Shown in pieces: positions 14,917 through 34,965 of a DNA stretch of 64,000 nucleotides. Within the stretch, counting starts at the first letter, position 1, and the number at the start of each line of letters is the position of its first letter. The position numbers and the translations under genes are program-made. The stretch comes from Octopus vulgaris. Lineage: Eukaryota. The stretch is from positions 19,220,001 to 19,284,000 of the forward strand of contig OX597821.1 in the NCBI GenBank assembly GCA_951406725.2. The letters are read 5' to 3'. Under the pieces are notes generated by a model that had not been told where the DNA came from, ran no database searches, and saw nothing but the letters and a program-made list of their open reading frames with translations.

Positions 14917-17900
14917 CTCCCCGAGGAGAACACCGGGGGACGTTTAAGATGTAAGAAGGAAAATACAGAGCTCCGAAATCTATCCACAAACATCAAAAAC
15001 AAGGACATCGTATGGAGCAAAAGATTTACTAACAAAGGATTGGACTGTATCCGAGTAAGTAATACTAATTGAAATTTATTACTATTTTCAAAACGAAATG
15101 ATGTATTTTGACTCGATATCATCTCCACCTCTAACACAACACATGTAAACATGCGTGGAACATCATGATCATCCCCGACCCCAAACACCATGTACAAAGG
15201 AACTACGAAGAAATTAAATGCTACCGATATTATTCAACCCAAGAATAACAATCGAGCGGTACGTACTTTAAACTTACAACAAAAAATGTACGAAAAACTA
15301 CACGAAATAATGTGACAACAGAAATGAACGGACCGGTACCCTACGAAAATGACGACCATCAAAATAATGGGCCGGACGTTGTACCTCATGTCCCGCAAAT
15401 AAAACCCAAAAGACGTAAATGGACACGTGAGGAATACATTTCTATCTTATACGCATACTTCACAGTAGTGCTCTACCCAAAAAATGAAAACACAACAACA
15501 CATACATATAAAATATGGAAGGAAAATAACATAAATATAAACTTGGATACAGCAATGAACCCTAATAAATTAGCTAACGTACGAAGATACATTCTCAACA
15601 CCAAAAAAATACCAGAAATAGAAATAGAACATCTAAAAGAAAAAATACACCAGGAAAATGTAGATAGAAGCCACACAACAATGCCCAATAATATAAACAC
15701 TGAAACAGTAAAACACGAAGACAAACGTAACATTCCCAACAAACACGATGTAAACAACGATGGGGAGCCTAATGACTATGATAATATAAAAAGTAAAATA
15801 ATCAAAGAACTGAAAACCACAGAGCTCAAAATGGACCACCGACCATACCTCCCAAGAATCAAAATAGACGAAACAATAACACCAATTATAAACAGCATAA
15901 ACCTAGCTGTCACGGAACTAATAGCCACTGAAACAAAAAGCGATATCATTGAGCTAGATGACTTAATATACGCAGCAACCACTGCAGCCACAAAAGAAGC
16001 TGGATACTCACTCAAACCCATCCAAACAGGAGTACCACCACTCAAACAAACCCTGTGGATAAATAACATCCAAAACAAAATACAAAAAATGAGAAAAGAT
16101 CTGTCGATTCTTAATGAAATCAGCAAACAATCAACGCTACTGAGCAACAAAAAGAAAACAAAAATACTCCGCAAATATAACATCACAGAAAAAGATTTAC
16201 CTGAGATAAAAGAAAAGCTGAAGCAAGATATCCTTGCCAAAGCACAAAGGATCCGCCGGTACGCGAAACGCCAGCGCTTCTTTGAACAAAACAAAAAGTT
16301 CAACTCCAACCCCAAAAAGTTCTACCAAGAACTTGGCAAAAATAAAATAGAAGTCACTGCAGCACCAACGGCAGAAGAATTGGAAGAATTCTGGAGAGAA
16401 ATATGGTCGGTGAACGAACAACCAAAAAAAAGGAGTATCAAAATAATAAACTCGGCATCTGAACAACTTTGGACCCCCATAACAACTGAAGAGATCACCC
16501 AGGCACTGCAAAGACTAAGCAACTGGAAGGCATCTGGGCATGACAAGATCCCCAACTTCTGGTTGAAATATCTAACAGGAATGCACAAAAAGCTGGCTGA
16601 AAACTTTAACAACATACTAGCAGAGCCAGAGGCAATGCCTGAATGGCTCACGAAGGGGAGAACCATCTTAATTCCCAAATCAAATGAGACAGCAAAACCA
16701 GAAAACTACAGACCAATAACCTGCCTCCCTACTATGTTCAAGGCATTTACTGCAGTGATATCGCAAAGGTTGAACATGCACCTGGACGAAAACAAACTGT
16801 TCCCAGAAGAGCAGAAAGGATGCCGCAAAGGCTCCTATGGCTGTAAAGATCAACTAATGATTAATAAAGCCATAACTGAAGACAGCCACAGAAAGAAGAA
16901 AGGCCTCAGTATGGCCTGGATTGACTACAAAAAGGCGTTTGATAGCATCCCCGACTCATGGATCCTCGAAACACTAGCCATTAACAAAGTAGCACCAACA
17001 ATCATAAAATTCATAGAGCACTCTATGAATAAATGGCAAACAGTCCTACACCTCCAAACAAAAGAGGGACTCATGAAAATCAAAGACATCCCCATTAGAA
17101 GAGGAATATTCCAGAGAGACACGCTCTCTCCACTCCTTTTCTGCTTGGAACTGTCACCTCTATCTGATATACTAAATAGAACTGGATGGGGATATAAATG
17201 TTACGGCAAAACGATCAGCCACCTTTTATATATGGATGACCTAAAACTATACACTGCAAATGACAAACAGCTGGAAACGCTATTAAAGACAGTTCATGGA
17301 TTTACCAAAGAAATAGATATGAAATTTGGATTAGAAAAATGCGCCAATGTAACCATGAAAAGAGGAAAACTAGTTAAGAGTAGCAACATCACACTAGATA
17401 AAACCAATGAAATAAAAGAATTAGACCAAAGCCAAACTTACAAATACTTAGGAATCCATGAACTAGATAAGACACAACACACACAAATGAAAGAGAAAAT
17501 TAAAAAAGAATATTATAGACGAGTTAGATCAATACTAAAAACAGAGCTCAATGCTAAAAACAAGATAATAGGTATCAACACTTTAGCTGTCCCAGTTATA
17601 AGTTACTGCTACAATATCCTTAACTGGACACGAAATTAACTGACCAAAATAGATAGGAAAACAAGAAAAATAATGACAGGATCTAGGATGCATCACCCAA
17701 AATCTGACATAGAAAGACTATATATACAACGTATAGAAGGTGGTAGAGGCCTTATACAACTGGAAAACTACTATAAAATAACCACCATAGGACTGCAAAA
17801 ATATCTACTTCAGAAGGAAGGAAAACTGATACAAATAGCGGCAAAACACGAGTAAAACAAAAAACTGTTCTCAGTATTTAAGGAAGCTGACAAATACAAA

Positions 17901-18852
17901 CAAGAAATCATACCACCTAATAAATATGAAGAGGAGGAAGAAGAAGAAGAAGAAGAAGATGAAGAAACAACAAAAGCTATAAAACAAATGAAATCCAAAC
18001 TAAAAATAGAACAGCAACGAACCATGATAAAACGATGGCAAGAAAAGCCCCTTCATGGTAAATACTGCACTAAACTAAACGCAAAAGAAATAGACAAAGA
18101 AAAATCCCAGCAATGGTTGAGAAGCTCAGGACTCAAAGCAGAAACAGAGGGATTTTTAATTGCAGTACAAGACCAAAGCCTCCCCACCAGAAGTTACCAA
18201 AAACACGTAATGAAAAGAAATATAACATGTAACTGCAGAATATGTGGAGATGGACAAGAAACAATAAATCATATTAAGAAGGAATATATTCACAGACATG
18301 ACAGAGTTGGAACCTACATACATTGGAAGCTATGCCAACATTATGGAATAACAACAGAAAAAAGATGGTATAGGCACACACCAGAAAAGGTCACAGAAAA
18401 CGAGAAAGCAACCATACTCTGGGATATGCCGATACACACAGATAGAGAAATTAAGGCCAACAGGCCAGATATAGTTGTTAGAGATCATGAAGTAAAAAAA
18501 TGCTTTCTAATTGATGTATCAATACCGGCAGATGACAACGTGTCTCTAAAAGAAATGGAGAAACTCTCAAAATACACAGACCTGGAAATAGAGGTAACCA
18601 GAATGTGGAATCTAAAAACAGAAACAATTCCTATCATAGTAGGTGCATTAGGCATGATAAAAAATATTCAGACAAATACATAACAAAAACACCAGGAATA
18701 ACAAGTATATATAAAATACAGAAAGTAGCACTACGTAATAACATTTTCAGTACAATAACCATCAGAGCATCACAACAAATCACAGCACATACCTAAGGCA
18801 CACAAAGCTGCGCTCTGTAGTGAAGTGAAAGCACGCTATAAAAATAAAACTA

Positions 18853-18855
<3 letters not shown>
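14917..18855 (+). mobile_element. Near full-length R4/Dong-clade non-LTR retrotransposon (element A) in (AAT)n
   Basis: Single long ORF with RT and RLE; (AAT)n at 14853-14916 and 18856-18930; Dong elements are known to target (TAA)n. Confidence 0.93.
15312..18683 (+). pseudogene. Dong ORF: N-terminal KWTREE myb-like domain, RT (YMDD), Cys/His motif, PD-(D/E)xK restriction-like endonuclease
   Basis: ORFs 15312-17639, 17673-17855 and 17988-18683 are in the same frame, separated by two TAA stops; RPDIVV..LIDVSIP..EKLSKY; deletion after ETINHI; frameshift near 18660. Confidence 0.92.
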
Positions 18856-18931
<76 letters not shown>

Positions 18932-18935
18932 TTAA

Positions 18936-19272
18936 TTCTTTTTACTATAGGCCTGAAATTTGTGGAGATGTGTTTAGTCGATTACAGGAACCCCGAAGCG
19001 TAAGTGGCGCTTATTTTATTGACCACGAAAGGATAAAAGGCAAAATCAACCTCGGCAGCATTTGAACTCTGAACGTGAAGGTTGACGAAATACTCATAAG
19101 CATGTCGCCCGTTTATCTCCAGGTGTTTGTCATTTTCTTGTGGATCAAGCTCCTTGATGGTAATGTCGGTATCTAAGTTAATGGACGTTCTTTGACTGAG
19201 CTTTAGCACACTTATCAATGCCAAGGTTCATCCCGATGTCATTACCGAATTCTTCTACTATCTCACCGCCTT
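18936..19272 (-). mobile_element. SINE S1 tail-A copy interrupted by an inverted LINE-derived patch (19110-19255)
   Basis: S1 core at 19020-19080; head resumes at 19256-19272 (CTCACCGCCTT). Confidence 0.75.
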
Positions 19273-19287
19273 AAAAATTATAATAAT

Positions 19288-19470
19288 GGTTTCAAATTTT
19301 CGCACAAGGCCAACAATTGGAGGAGGGGAAAAGTCGATTACATCGATTCCAATACTCGAATGGTAGTTATTCGATCGACTTCGGGAGGATGAATGGCAAA
19401 GTCAACCTCGACGGAATCTGAACTCAGATCGGCTGCCCGACCTGCTAATGATACTACCAAGATGCCACGT
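19288..19470 (-). mobile_element. Diverged SINE S1 copy
   Basis: GGATGAATGGCAAAGTCAACCTCGACGGAATCTGAACTCAG matches S1 reverse complement. Confidence 0.7.
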
Positions 19471-19487
19471 TAATAGCAGCCACAATC

Positions 19488-19547
<60 letters not shown>

Positions 19548-20263
19548 GTATTGATAATGACAATGATAATGATAATAATGCTTCTAGAAAAACTGAAGAC
19601 AAAAAATTCAAAGAACAATCAACCAATAACACCACTTACAAGTTTCTCACATCCACATTAACTGAGAATAAACGCTTTCCTTGAACAAAGATCTATCCTT
19701 CTACAAGCTCAAAAAATCTGTAGAAGTAATTATTATGGGTGCAAAGATCAATTGCTCATAAGTAAATTGAATTCAGAGAATTTCAGGAGCAAAAAGAACA
19801 CGAGAATGGCATGGACAGACCACACGAAAGCATTTTATAGTGTCCCACACGTCTCCTTCTAAATCATAGTAATGGCATGCGCCAAGCTAGTATTAACATC
19901 AAACGAGAAAAATTTCAAGGTGACTCCCTCTCCCCTTTACTCTTTTGTATGGCACTGATCCCACTCTCAAACGAACTAGGTAACACCAGGTAATGTTTTA
20001 AAGTTTACACTACGACAATAAACCAACGTTTTTTACATAGACGATCTGAAGCTGTTAGCTAGAAATGACGAAAAGCTAGCAGCGCCGCTAATAGCTGTTG
20101 AAGAATTCGGTAATGACATCGGGATGAACCTTGGCATTGATAAGTGTGCTAAAGCTCAGGCAAAGAACGTCCATTAACTTAGATACCGACATTACCATCA
20201 AGGAGCTTGATCCACAAGAAAATAACAAACACCTGGAGATAAACGAAGGAGATGGTATACAAC

Positions 20264-20491
20264 GGTGAGCTGGAGGAAACGTTAGCACGCCGGGCGAAAT
20301 GCGTAGCCGTATTTCGTCTGCCGCTACGTTCTGAGTTCAAATTCCGCCGAGGTCGACTTTGCCTTTCATCCTTTCGGGGTCGATTAAGTAAGTACCAGTT
20401 ACGCACTGGGATCGATATAATCGACTTAATCCGTTTATCTGTCCTTGTTTGTCCCCTGTATGTTTAGCCCCTTGTGGGTAGTAAAGAAATA
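20264..20491 (+). mobile_element. SINE S1 tail B
   Basis: Near identical to 14320-14552; TSD GGTATACAAC/GGCATACAAC at 20254-20263 and 20492-20501. Confidence 0.92.
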
Positions 20492-20637
20492 GGCATACAA
20501 CATGATACTATGAAGGAAAAAATAAGAAAGGAATATTACAGGATAATAAAACTCGTACTAAAAACTGAACACAACTCTGAAAATTGCATGGAAGCCATGA
20601 ACCCTCTAGCACTTTCAGTAGTTCAATATAGTTTTAA

Positions 20638-20868
20638 GGGCGGTGAGCTGGCAGAATCGTTAGCACGCCGGGCGAAATACTTGGCGGTATTTCGTCTGCC
20701 GTTACGTTCTGAGTTCAAATTCCGCCGTGGTCGAATTTGCTTTTCATCTTGCAGGGTCGATTAAATAAGTACCAGTTATGCACTGGAGTAGATGTAATCG
20801 ACTTCATCCCTTTATCTGTCCTAGTTTTTCCCCTGTATGTGTAGCCCCCAGTGGGCAATAAAGAAATA
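20638..20868 (+). mobile_element. SINE S1 tail B
   Basis: Full head GGCGGTGAGCTGGCAGAATCGTTAG; TSD AATATAGTTT at 20625-20634 and 20869-20878. Confidence 0.9.
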
Positions 20869-22304
20869 AATATAGTTTCGACGTCATTTACTGGAATTTT
20901 ACAGAGCTCCAACGTTTGTACAGGAAGACAAGAAAACTACTAACTTCTAAGAATATGCAGCATACAAAAGCAGATGTTGATCGTCTGTACCTACCTAGAA
21001 GTAATAGAGGAAGAGGAGTGATGCAGGTAGAACTGTGCTATAGGACCTCCATAATAGCACTGAACAGTACACAGGACTGGATGCTGCGACTTGTGTGCAT
21101 ACACGAAAGCAGCAAAAAATTGCATTCTGCTATCAATGAGGCTTGCAAATTTGCAAGGGAACTTGGCATTAATTCTGAAATATTTGAAAGACTTGAAACC
21201 ACTGCCACAAATAAGAAAAATGGATCAAGCAACTGCACAAAAGAACGGGCAGCAACAAACTGAGGATCGCTGGAGCCAGAAGCCTCTACATGGATAGTAT
21301 GTACTTCGGAGTCGAAATACTGATGTAGATCAAGCAGCAACCCATCAATGACTGAGAAGTTCGGAACTGAAATCAGAGACTGAATGTTTCATATTTGTAG
21401 CACAAGATCAAAACTTGCTCACAAAAAACTACCAGGCTAACCTTCTTCAAAACGGTTCTGACCCTAAATGCAGATTCCGCTCGTCTCAGGATGTACCGTG
21501 CTAATACCAAACGAATACAAAAATTGCCACGATAGGGTAGGACAGTATTTAAACTGGCAAATATGTAAGCACTACAAAATCACCACTCCTGATTACAGGT
21601 ATGGACATCATCCTGAGCTAGACGTTAAAGGTAAAAATGTCACTAACCTCTGGGATTTTCTAGTCAATACTGACAGAACGATCCAGGCTAATCGGCCAGA
21701 CATAATTATTAAAGACACAGAAGAAAATACTTGTAGACTAATAAATGTAAGTGTTCTCACTGATAAAAATATATCTGTTAAGGAATTTGACAAACTAATT
21801 AAATATAAGGACTTGGAAATTGAAATACTAAAGATGTGGAATCTTAAAACGAGAACTGTTCTTGTTATTGTAGGTGACCTAGGTTTGATAAAAAAAGGGA
21901 TATAAAAAACAAACATAGAGATAAGATCCCAGGAGAACCATGTCTCAGAGAAATCCAAAATATTGTACTGATAAGTACTGCCCACATACTTAGAAAAACC
22001 CTATCCGTTTAAATGTCTGTTGTATTACAAGTGGGAATTTTAGCGGTGAGTATGTTTGTTATATTATAAGGCACAAAAAGAAAATGACTCTCCTCAGACA
22101 CAACAGGATATGCTGCAACACACGAACTCATATAAAGAATCTTGCAAACCAAATCCAAAAATGAAGTATTACAAGATGATACATCGCTACTTTGCCTTTC
22201 CCAAGCTTTCAGTCATACTGTAACATCGCTTATCGTTCACTTGCCCTAGGATACTAGGTGTGTCTCATGAAGTGACTGTAACAAGCATGCAGATTAAAAG
22301 TAGA

Positions 22305-22397
<93 letters not shown>

Positions 22398-22399
<2 letters not shown>

Positions 22400-22571
22400 T
22401 GGGGCGAGTCGACTACATCGACCCCAGTGCGTAAATGGTTCTTATTTAATCGACCACGAATTGATGAAAGGCAAAGTCGACTTCGGCGGAATTTGAACTC
22501 AGAACGTACAAACAGACGAAATGCCACAAATATTTTGCCCAGAGTACTAACGATTCTGCCAGGATGCTCCC

Positions 22572-22572
<1 letters not shown>
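22398..22572 (-). mobile_element. SINE S1 copy between (AAT)n tracts
   Basis: Reverse complement matches S1 head and core. Confidence 0.85.
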
Positions 22573-27709
<5,137 letters not shown>

Positions 27710-28876
27710 AAGAAGAAGAAGAAGAACTTCAAAAGTTTCCACCACAAAGTATTTCCAAATTTGGTAACGATACAGAAATTACGGAATAATAGCTGAATAG
27801 CTGGCGGAGTGAAAACCCATCTTAAACTGCTTTTGACGAAACATTAAACCACATAATTATAGACATGCAACAGACTGTATGCACAGCCATCAATAATACA
27901 ACTAAAAAGTACGTCAGCCCCTGCAATTAGAATACAATATACTTGTAAAAGAACAGAACAGTGCTACAAAGAACCATGTAATATGGAAGAAATATTGATG
28001 AAATAACTAAAGGCAGTATGAGAAAGAAGGTTTCAAAAATAGTAAGGACTGGTTGTCAGGAGGCTTTATGTAGAAATGTAATAAGTAGATACTCTAGTAA
28101 TAGCACCATTGACTTTCAAGTAACTCAGAGAGGAATAAATAGGAAAGCAATTTTAATTTAAAAGAAGATGTCAAAAATGTATTGTAATTAGGAAACAAAA
28201 CTTTACAGAATAACAGTCAACCATACTTTGCATGTGGATGAAATAAAGCTGCAGGCTGCAGATGTGAAATTACCAAGACTCCTGTACGTACATTGTTTAT
28301 ACTTAGTAGTAATATTAGGTTTCAAACAATGTGCATAGAGGACTCCGGAGAGAGGAAACTTAAGCGAAAGCACAATGCATTGGAATGTAACATGTCACTG
28401 TGCTTTCGAATAATTTTGCGACCTTCAAAGTTTTTAATGCACATTATTTTTTTGTATATATTATATACATACAAACTTACATACATTCATATATACATAC
28501 ATACATACATACATACATGCATACATACATACATACATACATACACATGTGCGTACACCTGCCCTTCCGTACGTACGTATGTATTTATATTCGGTAAAAT
28601 GTTCACCATTTAAAAGTGAATTTTGTGTTAGAACACACAAATACTGCTATATTTACCAAGAGAGAAAAAGTCTCATATGGCTTGTGAATGCACATCATAC
28701 TAGTGGTATACAATCACCGCTGCTTTTGTGGCCAAAACTACCAAATCACATGATTTCGGCCTCTTTCGGTGTTGTCAATGATATACCCCACACTGAGAGT
28801 GAATATTACATCTTTTGGTATTATTACTATTTCTGTGTGTTGATATGGTGATTGCCATTTCATTGTATATATATAT

Positions 28877-29373
28877 ATCTAATATAGGATAAAATTTTCG
28901 AAAAAATGTTATCAATGGCCAGCACATTAAGAAATATCTTTAAATGTTCAATTTATAAACAACTTATAATCAAGGGCAAAAGAAAAAAAGTCAATGCCGA
29001 AATAGATTTAATCGTCAATAACCATATAATTTATCACTATAAGTACACGTCTCGAAAGCAAGTTGATGGAAATTTCTAAAACAATCTTCGTTATTATCGG
29101 ATCGGTCCCAATTTCTGAGTTAATTCATTTAGAATTTTCTCGTCATCAGCGATAAATACGATAAGAAAATAAATGAGATACTTACTTGTACCCAGGGAAG
29201 AAGTAAACACTAAGTCATGAGCACACTTAAGTACCCCAATTATATCCAAACTAGAAATTCCACAGCATACCTCAAGACACGTATGGACGGGCTGAAAATT
29301 CGCATAGATTGAGAGAGTCCGGAAGTGAATAGTATTAAAATTACATCTAATATAGGATAAAATTTTCGAAAAA
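28877..29373. mobile_element. Penelope-like terminal fragment with 29-bp direct terminal redundancy at (TA)n
   Basis: ATCTAATATAGGATAAAATTTTCGAAAAA at 28877-28905 and 29345-29373; minus-strand CTGATGA near 29143-29149. Confidence 0.5.
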
Positions 29374-29391
29374 TATATACATATATACATA

Positions 29392-29882
<491 letters not shown>

Positions 29883-30082
29883 AGAGTGTGCGTGAGTGAA
29901 TGAGTGCTTGTTTTCCAGTAGACAGATAAATGGACTGGCTGTCATAGACAAGATGTTTGTGACCAAGCGGCCAAAGATAACAAAAGTAATAAACGAAGAT
30001 AATAAAATTAAAATAAGGGAATGGGTCTGTATTTGTATGTGTATATATATATGTGTGTATGTGTAGGTATGCATGGGTACAC

Positions 30083-30128
<46 letters not shown>

Positions 30129-30728
30129 ATGTATGTGTGTGTATATATATGTGTGTATGTGTATATATGTGTATATAGGGACTAGTGTGCTGTGTGTGCA
30201 TGTGTGTGTGTGGATTTGTGTGTGTATGCGTGTATGTGAGTATGTGTGTGTATGTGTATATATATTTTTCTGTGTGTATATGTATGTGTGGTCGTGTGTG
30301 TGTATATATACATGTGTGTATACGTGTATGCATGTGAGTGTGTGTATGTATACATATATGTGTATGTGTAGATATGTATATGTATGTGTAAGTGTATATA
30401 TATGTATATATATATGTGTGTGTATGTATGTGTGTATGTATATGTATATATGTTTGTATGCGTGTGTATATATGTATACATATGTGCATAGGTATAAGTG
30501 AGAATCTCCTTATTTACCTAAAACTCTATTTCCCCCTTTTATATATATATATATATATATATATTTATTTTTTATTTTTTATTTATTCTTCTATCTAATT
30601 TAACACTGACTCCTTGACCACTCCCCCAAGTATGATATTTTGCGCTATGCCTACCCCCAAAAAGTCCCCCACCAACACCCCTTTAAACCTGCCTAAATGT
30701 ATAAATGCCAATACAATTCTTGTTAACT

Positions 30729-30779
30729 AGCTTCCTGAAGATTTCTCTTGAATGAAACAGTTCTAGTCCTGTAGAAGCT
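30729..30779 (+). ncRNA. Type I hammerhead ribozyme in a Penelope-like terminus (about 30491-30864)
   Basis: AGCTTC-CTGAAGA-tTTC tctt GAAt-GAAA-CAG ttctagtc CTG-TA-GAAGCT; stem I 6 bp, GUA site; TATAAA about 30 nt upstream; (TA)n flanks. Confidence 0.8.
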
Positions 30780-30862
30780 CCTTCTATATAATAAATTAAT
30801 TTTACTCTGCTATGTATTGAGTACCTTATTTACTGTGGTTAACCCCGAATCAACCCGGGACC

Positions 30863-31074
<212 letters not shown>

Positions 31075-31099
31075 CATATGTATATATATATATATATAC

Positions 31100-31414
<315 letters not shown>

Positions 31415-31444
31415 TATATGTATATATATACATATATATATATG

Positions 31445-31496
<52 letters not shown>

Positions 31497-31520
31497 TATA
31501 TGTGTATAAATGTAGGTATG

Positions 31521-31552
<32 letters not shown>

Positions 31553-31799
31553 CACACATATATAAATAAAAACACACACACGTACGTACATAAATATGTG
31601 TGTGTGCAAGAGTGTATATATTTGTGTGTGAATGATATATTTATATCAATGGTTTTCCTCTAGACGCTTAGAGATCAATATAAGAATTTCTTGTTAATAT
31701 TTATCTACAACAAATTGCATACATTTGTACAATTACAATACACAATACATTCTGATATTTTCTTTTATTGTTCCTAATAAATATCTTTCTTTTTTCTTT

Positions 31800-32030
31800 T
31801 TCTATTCTTTTATTTGTTTCAGTCATTTGACTGCGGCCATGCTGGAGCACTGACTTTTAGTCGAACAAATAGACCGCATGACTTATTCTGTGTAAGCCTA
31901 GTACTTATTCTGTCGGTCTCTATTGCGAACCACTAAGTTACGGGGGCGTAAACACAGTAGCATCGGTTGTCAAGCGATGATGGGGTTACAAACACAGACA
32001 CACAAACACATATACATACATGCATATATA
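31800..32030 (-). mobile_element. SINE S2 3' half
   Basis: TTTCAGTCATTTGACTGCGGCCATGCTGGAGCAC is the reverse complement of the S2 tail. Confidence 0.85.
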
Positions 32031-32033
32031 AAG

Positions 32034-32137
<104 letters not shown>

Positions 32138-32290
32138 GGCGCAGGAGTGGCTGTGTGGTAAGTAGCTTGCTAACCAACCACATGGTTCCGGGTTCAGTCC
32201 CACTGCGTGGCATCTTGGGCAAGTGTCTTCGGCTCTAGCCCCGGGCCGACCAATGCCTTGTGAGTGGATTTGGTAGACGGAAACTAGACG
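32138..32290 (+). mobile_element. SINE S2 5' half
   Basis: GGCGCAGGAGTGGCTGTGTGGTAAG..GGTTCAGTCCC head (A/B boxes). Confidence 0.88.
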
Positions 32291-32385
32291 GAAACTAGAT
32301 ACTAATTTTATCTACGTAAGTAAACCAACTCTAGTTGTCAAGCCGTCTTAGGGGACAAACAAAAAATATTATAATTATATTACAC

Positions 32386-32447
<62 letters not shown>

Positions 32448-32604
32448 GTACACACAGAGTTTCCGTCTACCAAATCCACTGCCAAGGATTTGTGTAAAGT
32501 GCTGAACAATGGACTGAACATGGTTGTCAAACAAGCTTCTTACCTCACAGACATCTATAGTTATAATATCCTCACCTAGAATCTTATTGCATTAGAGAGA
32601 CTAC

Positions 32605-32860
32605 ACGGGAAAGATAATGACTGGATTCAGAAAATGCCACCCGAACACTAACATTGAAATATATTTACCACAAATACAAGGAAGTGAGGTCTTTCGGCAA
32701 ATAGAAAGTTGTTAAAAAGTTCTTAATGCAGGACTATAAAATTATCTGTTAAAGAATATAAAATGATAAAAGATAAATAACAAGATAAGCTAAATAAAAA
32801 ATAAAAATTCTATTTCGGTCTTCAAGGAAGCCAACAAATATAAAACAGACTCTGAAACAG
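32605..32860 (+). mobile_element. Highly decayed Dong fragment
   Basis: Resembles 17660-17900 (GATAATGACTGGATTCAG.., TTCAAGGAAGCCAACAAATATAAA). Confidence 0.55.
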
Positions 32861-33306
32861 GAGGTAGTATATATTGCAATTCACCAGACTCGATAAATAT
32901 CCATTAACTTTTAGAAAAATAAAATGAAATAAAAAAGATATACTTGACAAAAATATTGAATGATACCACTGTAGGTGCTGCATTAACGTGCTTTCTGAAT
33001 TTTATCGACCATGGTCTAATATGTGTTTTCTTTTGCTAAAGTGAAGTCTAATCGCCTACGAGTGAGCTATCATGTTTAAATACTGAAATCTGAGACTAAT
33101 TTTCGGAAGTAAATTCAATACTCGAAATAAAATGAGAAGTGTAAATAGACACAGGGCAGTGTGGTGAACATGCCGAAAGAAAGGGGAAAAGACTGAACAG
33201 GAAAACTGTGAAATGACTGAACAGGAACACTGTGAAATGACTAAGTGTAATTCGAAATCCTCATCCGAAAGTTTATATAGAGAACGCAGTAAACATACAC
33301 AGATCG

Positions 33307-33363
<57 letters not shown>

Positions 33364-33369
33364 CATACA

Positions 33370-33537
33370 TAAGGGAGATGACCACTAAGTGGACAGCCAT
33401 TATGCTAGAGGTAGACCCCATATGCTCTGACCTCTAGATAAAGATTATTCGCTTGAGAACATTCTTTTCTTAGTGGTCAGACCACATGGGGTCTACCTCT
33501 AGCATAATGGATGTCCACTTAGTGGTCATCCCTCTTA
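33370..33537. repeat. About 63-bp inverted repeat element at (TA)n (MITE-like or inverted Penelope-like terminus)
   Basis: 33370-33432 is nearly the reverse complement of 33475-33537. Confidence 0.85.
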
Positions 33538-33639
33538 TATACATGTAATATAATTTTTCTGAATCTTCAGATTTTCCAATATGCTAAGCCACTGGCTTTA
33601 AATTGATATTAATATTAAACTTCCCCCCTTATTATTTAA

Positions 33640-33706
<67 letters not shown>

Positions 33707-33708
33707 TG

Positions 33709-33761
<53 letters not shown>

Positions 33762-33787
33762 GTTTGTGTGTGTGTGTGTGTGTGTGT

Positions 33788-34062
33788 GGAGGCGCAATGG
33801 CCCAGTGGTTAGAGCAGCGGACTCGCGGTTGTAGGATCGCGGTTTCGATTCCCAGACCGGGCTTTGTGAGTGTTTATTGAGCGAAAACACCTAAAAGCTC
33901 CACGAGGCTCCGGCAGGGGGGTGATCCCTGCTGTACTCTTTCACCACTCTTTCTTCTGTTGGCCTGCTCGCTTAGCCAGCGTCATTCGAAGGCTAAAACA
34001 ATGCGAACGCATTGTGACCAGCGATGTGTAACTACATCTGATGGACTGGTCGGTCACGTGAT

Positions 34063-34070
<8 letters not shown>
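33788..34070 (+). mobile_element. tRNA-headed SINE family S3, tail 1
   Basis: GGAGGCGCAATGGCCCAGTGGTTAG..GGTTTCGATTCCC head; related copies at 57795-58085 and 59604-59971. Confidence 0.9.
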
Positions 34071-34104
<34 letters not shown>

Positions 34105-34965
34105 CAGATGAAAGACAGAATATGGAAATACGAGAGTTTATTATTAATCACAATTGTTTCTACACATCTAGCATCGATCCTTCATTGGTGGGACAGTCAA
34201 CAACTAGTTCAGTAGCCTCCGGCGGTGCAGTTGTATCTCGTCGAGGGATAAATTGATACAACGCGTTAAAATGACAATTCTGCAATGCAACTTCTCGTTT
34301 TGTAGAAAGAAAAGCAATTAGACGGAGGAAATATCTGCATTTATATAGAAGATCACAAATACCATCACAGATGAAAAAAAAAAGAGAAACGAACATGCAA
34401 TCAAGCGAGATAAGTATTAAAAATAACCGTTAACAAATATGGATGTAGGTATGCCTTCGGGCATTCTGCATGGCGTGAGTACACTCGCTCATACAAGCAT
34501 CCGCGAAAATGTGAGCATATGCATACGTGAGGTTTGGTGCACTGAGTACCACAAAGCGAGTAAACGATCCACTTGGTGCTTGTAAGAATGGGGAGGTTAA
34601 AAGTAAACTTAAGTCATGCATGCCTTAAAGTAAATTACATTATGTTAACGGTTACTCAAAATCCATTCCCACTGCATTGTGTAAAACTACATTCATATGC
34701 GTGTAAGCATCTTGAGAGTCCTTCAAAAATTCTATTAATGATGCTCTCGTTAGTCCCCAGAATAGACAGGGATTACTCGGAGCAGAGGCAACATCTCCTG
34801 GAAATTATATTGTAAGGTTTCATGCGTCTTACTATTGACGAAGTTATGCTGTAGTTCATTGTATCCTCCTTCAGTCACCTTACAAAATCTGCCAAAGCTG
34901 TTCAATGTCTCTTATTGATTGACTTAAAGCTGGCGACATGGTTCCGACTAAGATTCTTAAAGGAG

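Larger units (their letters stand above)
19581..22303 (+). mobile_element. Decayed R4/Dong LINE containing two nested S1-B SINEs
   Basis: FQGDSLSPLLFC, DDLKL, KADVDRLYLPR, HDRVGQYLNW, NRPDIIIKD..KYKDLEIE; (AAT)n/(AAC)n flanks. Confidence 0.88.

Noticed and set aside
27860-28290. Possible decayed RTE-like RT fragment (KLQAADVKLPRL)
   Set aside because: Similarity too weak to support without an alignment
33788-33860. SINE heads as genuine tRNA genes
   Set aside because: They continue into SINE bodies, lack oligo-T terminators and do not form a clean cloverleaf
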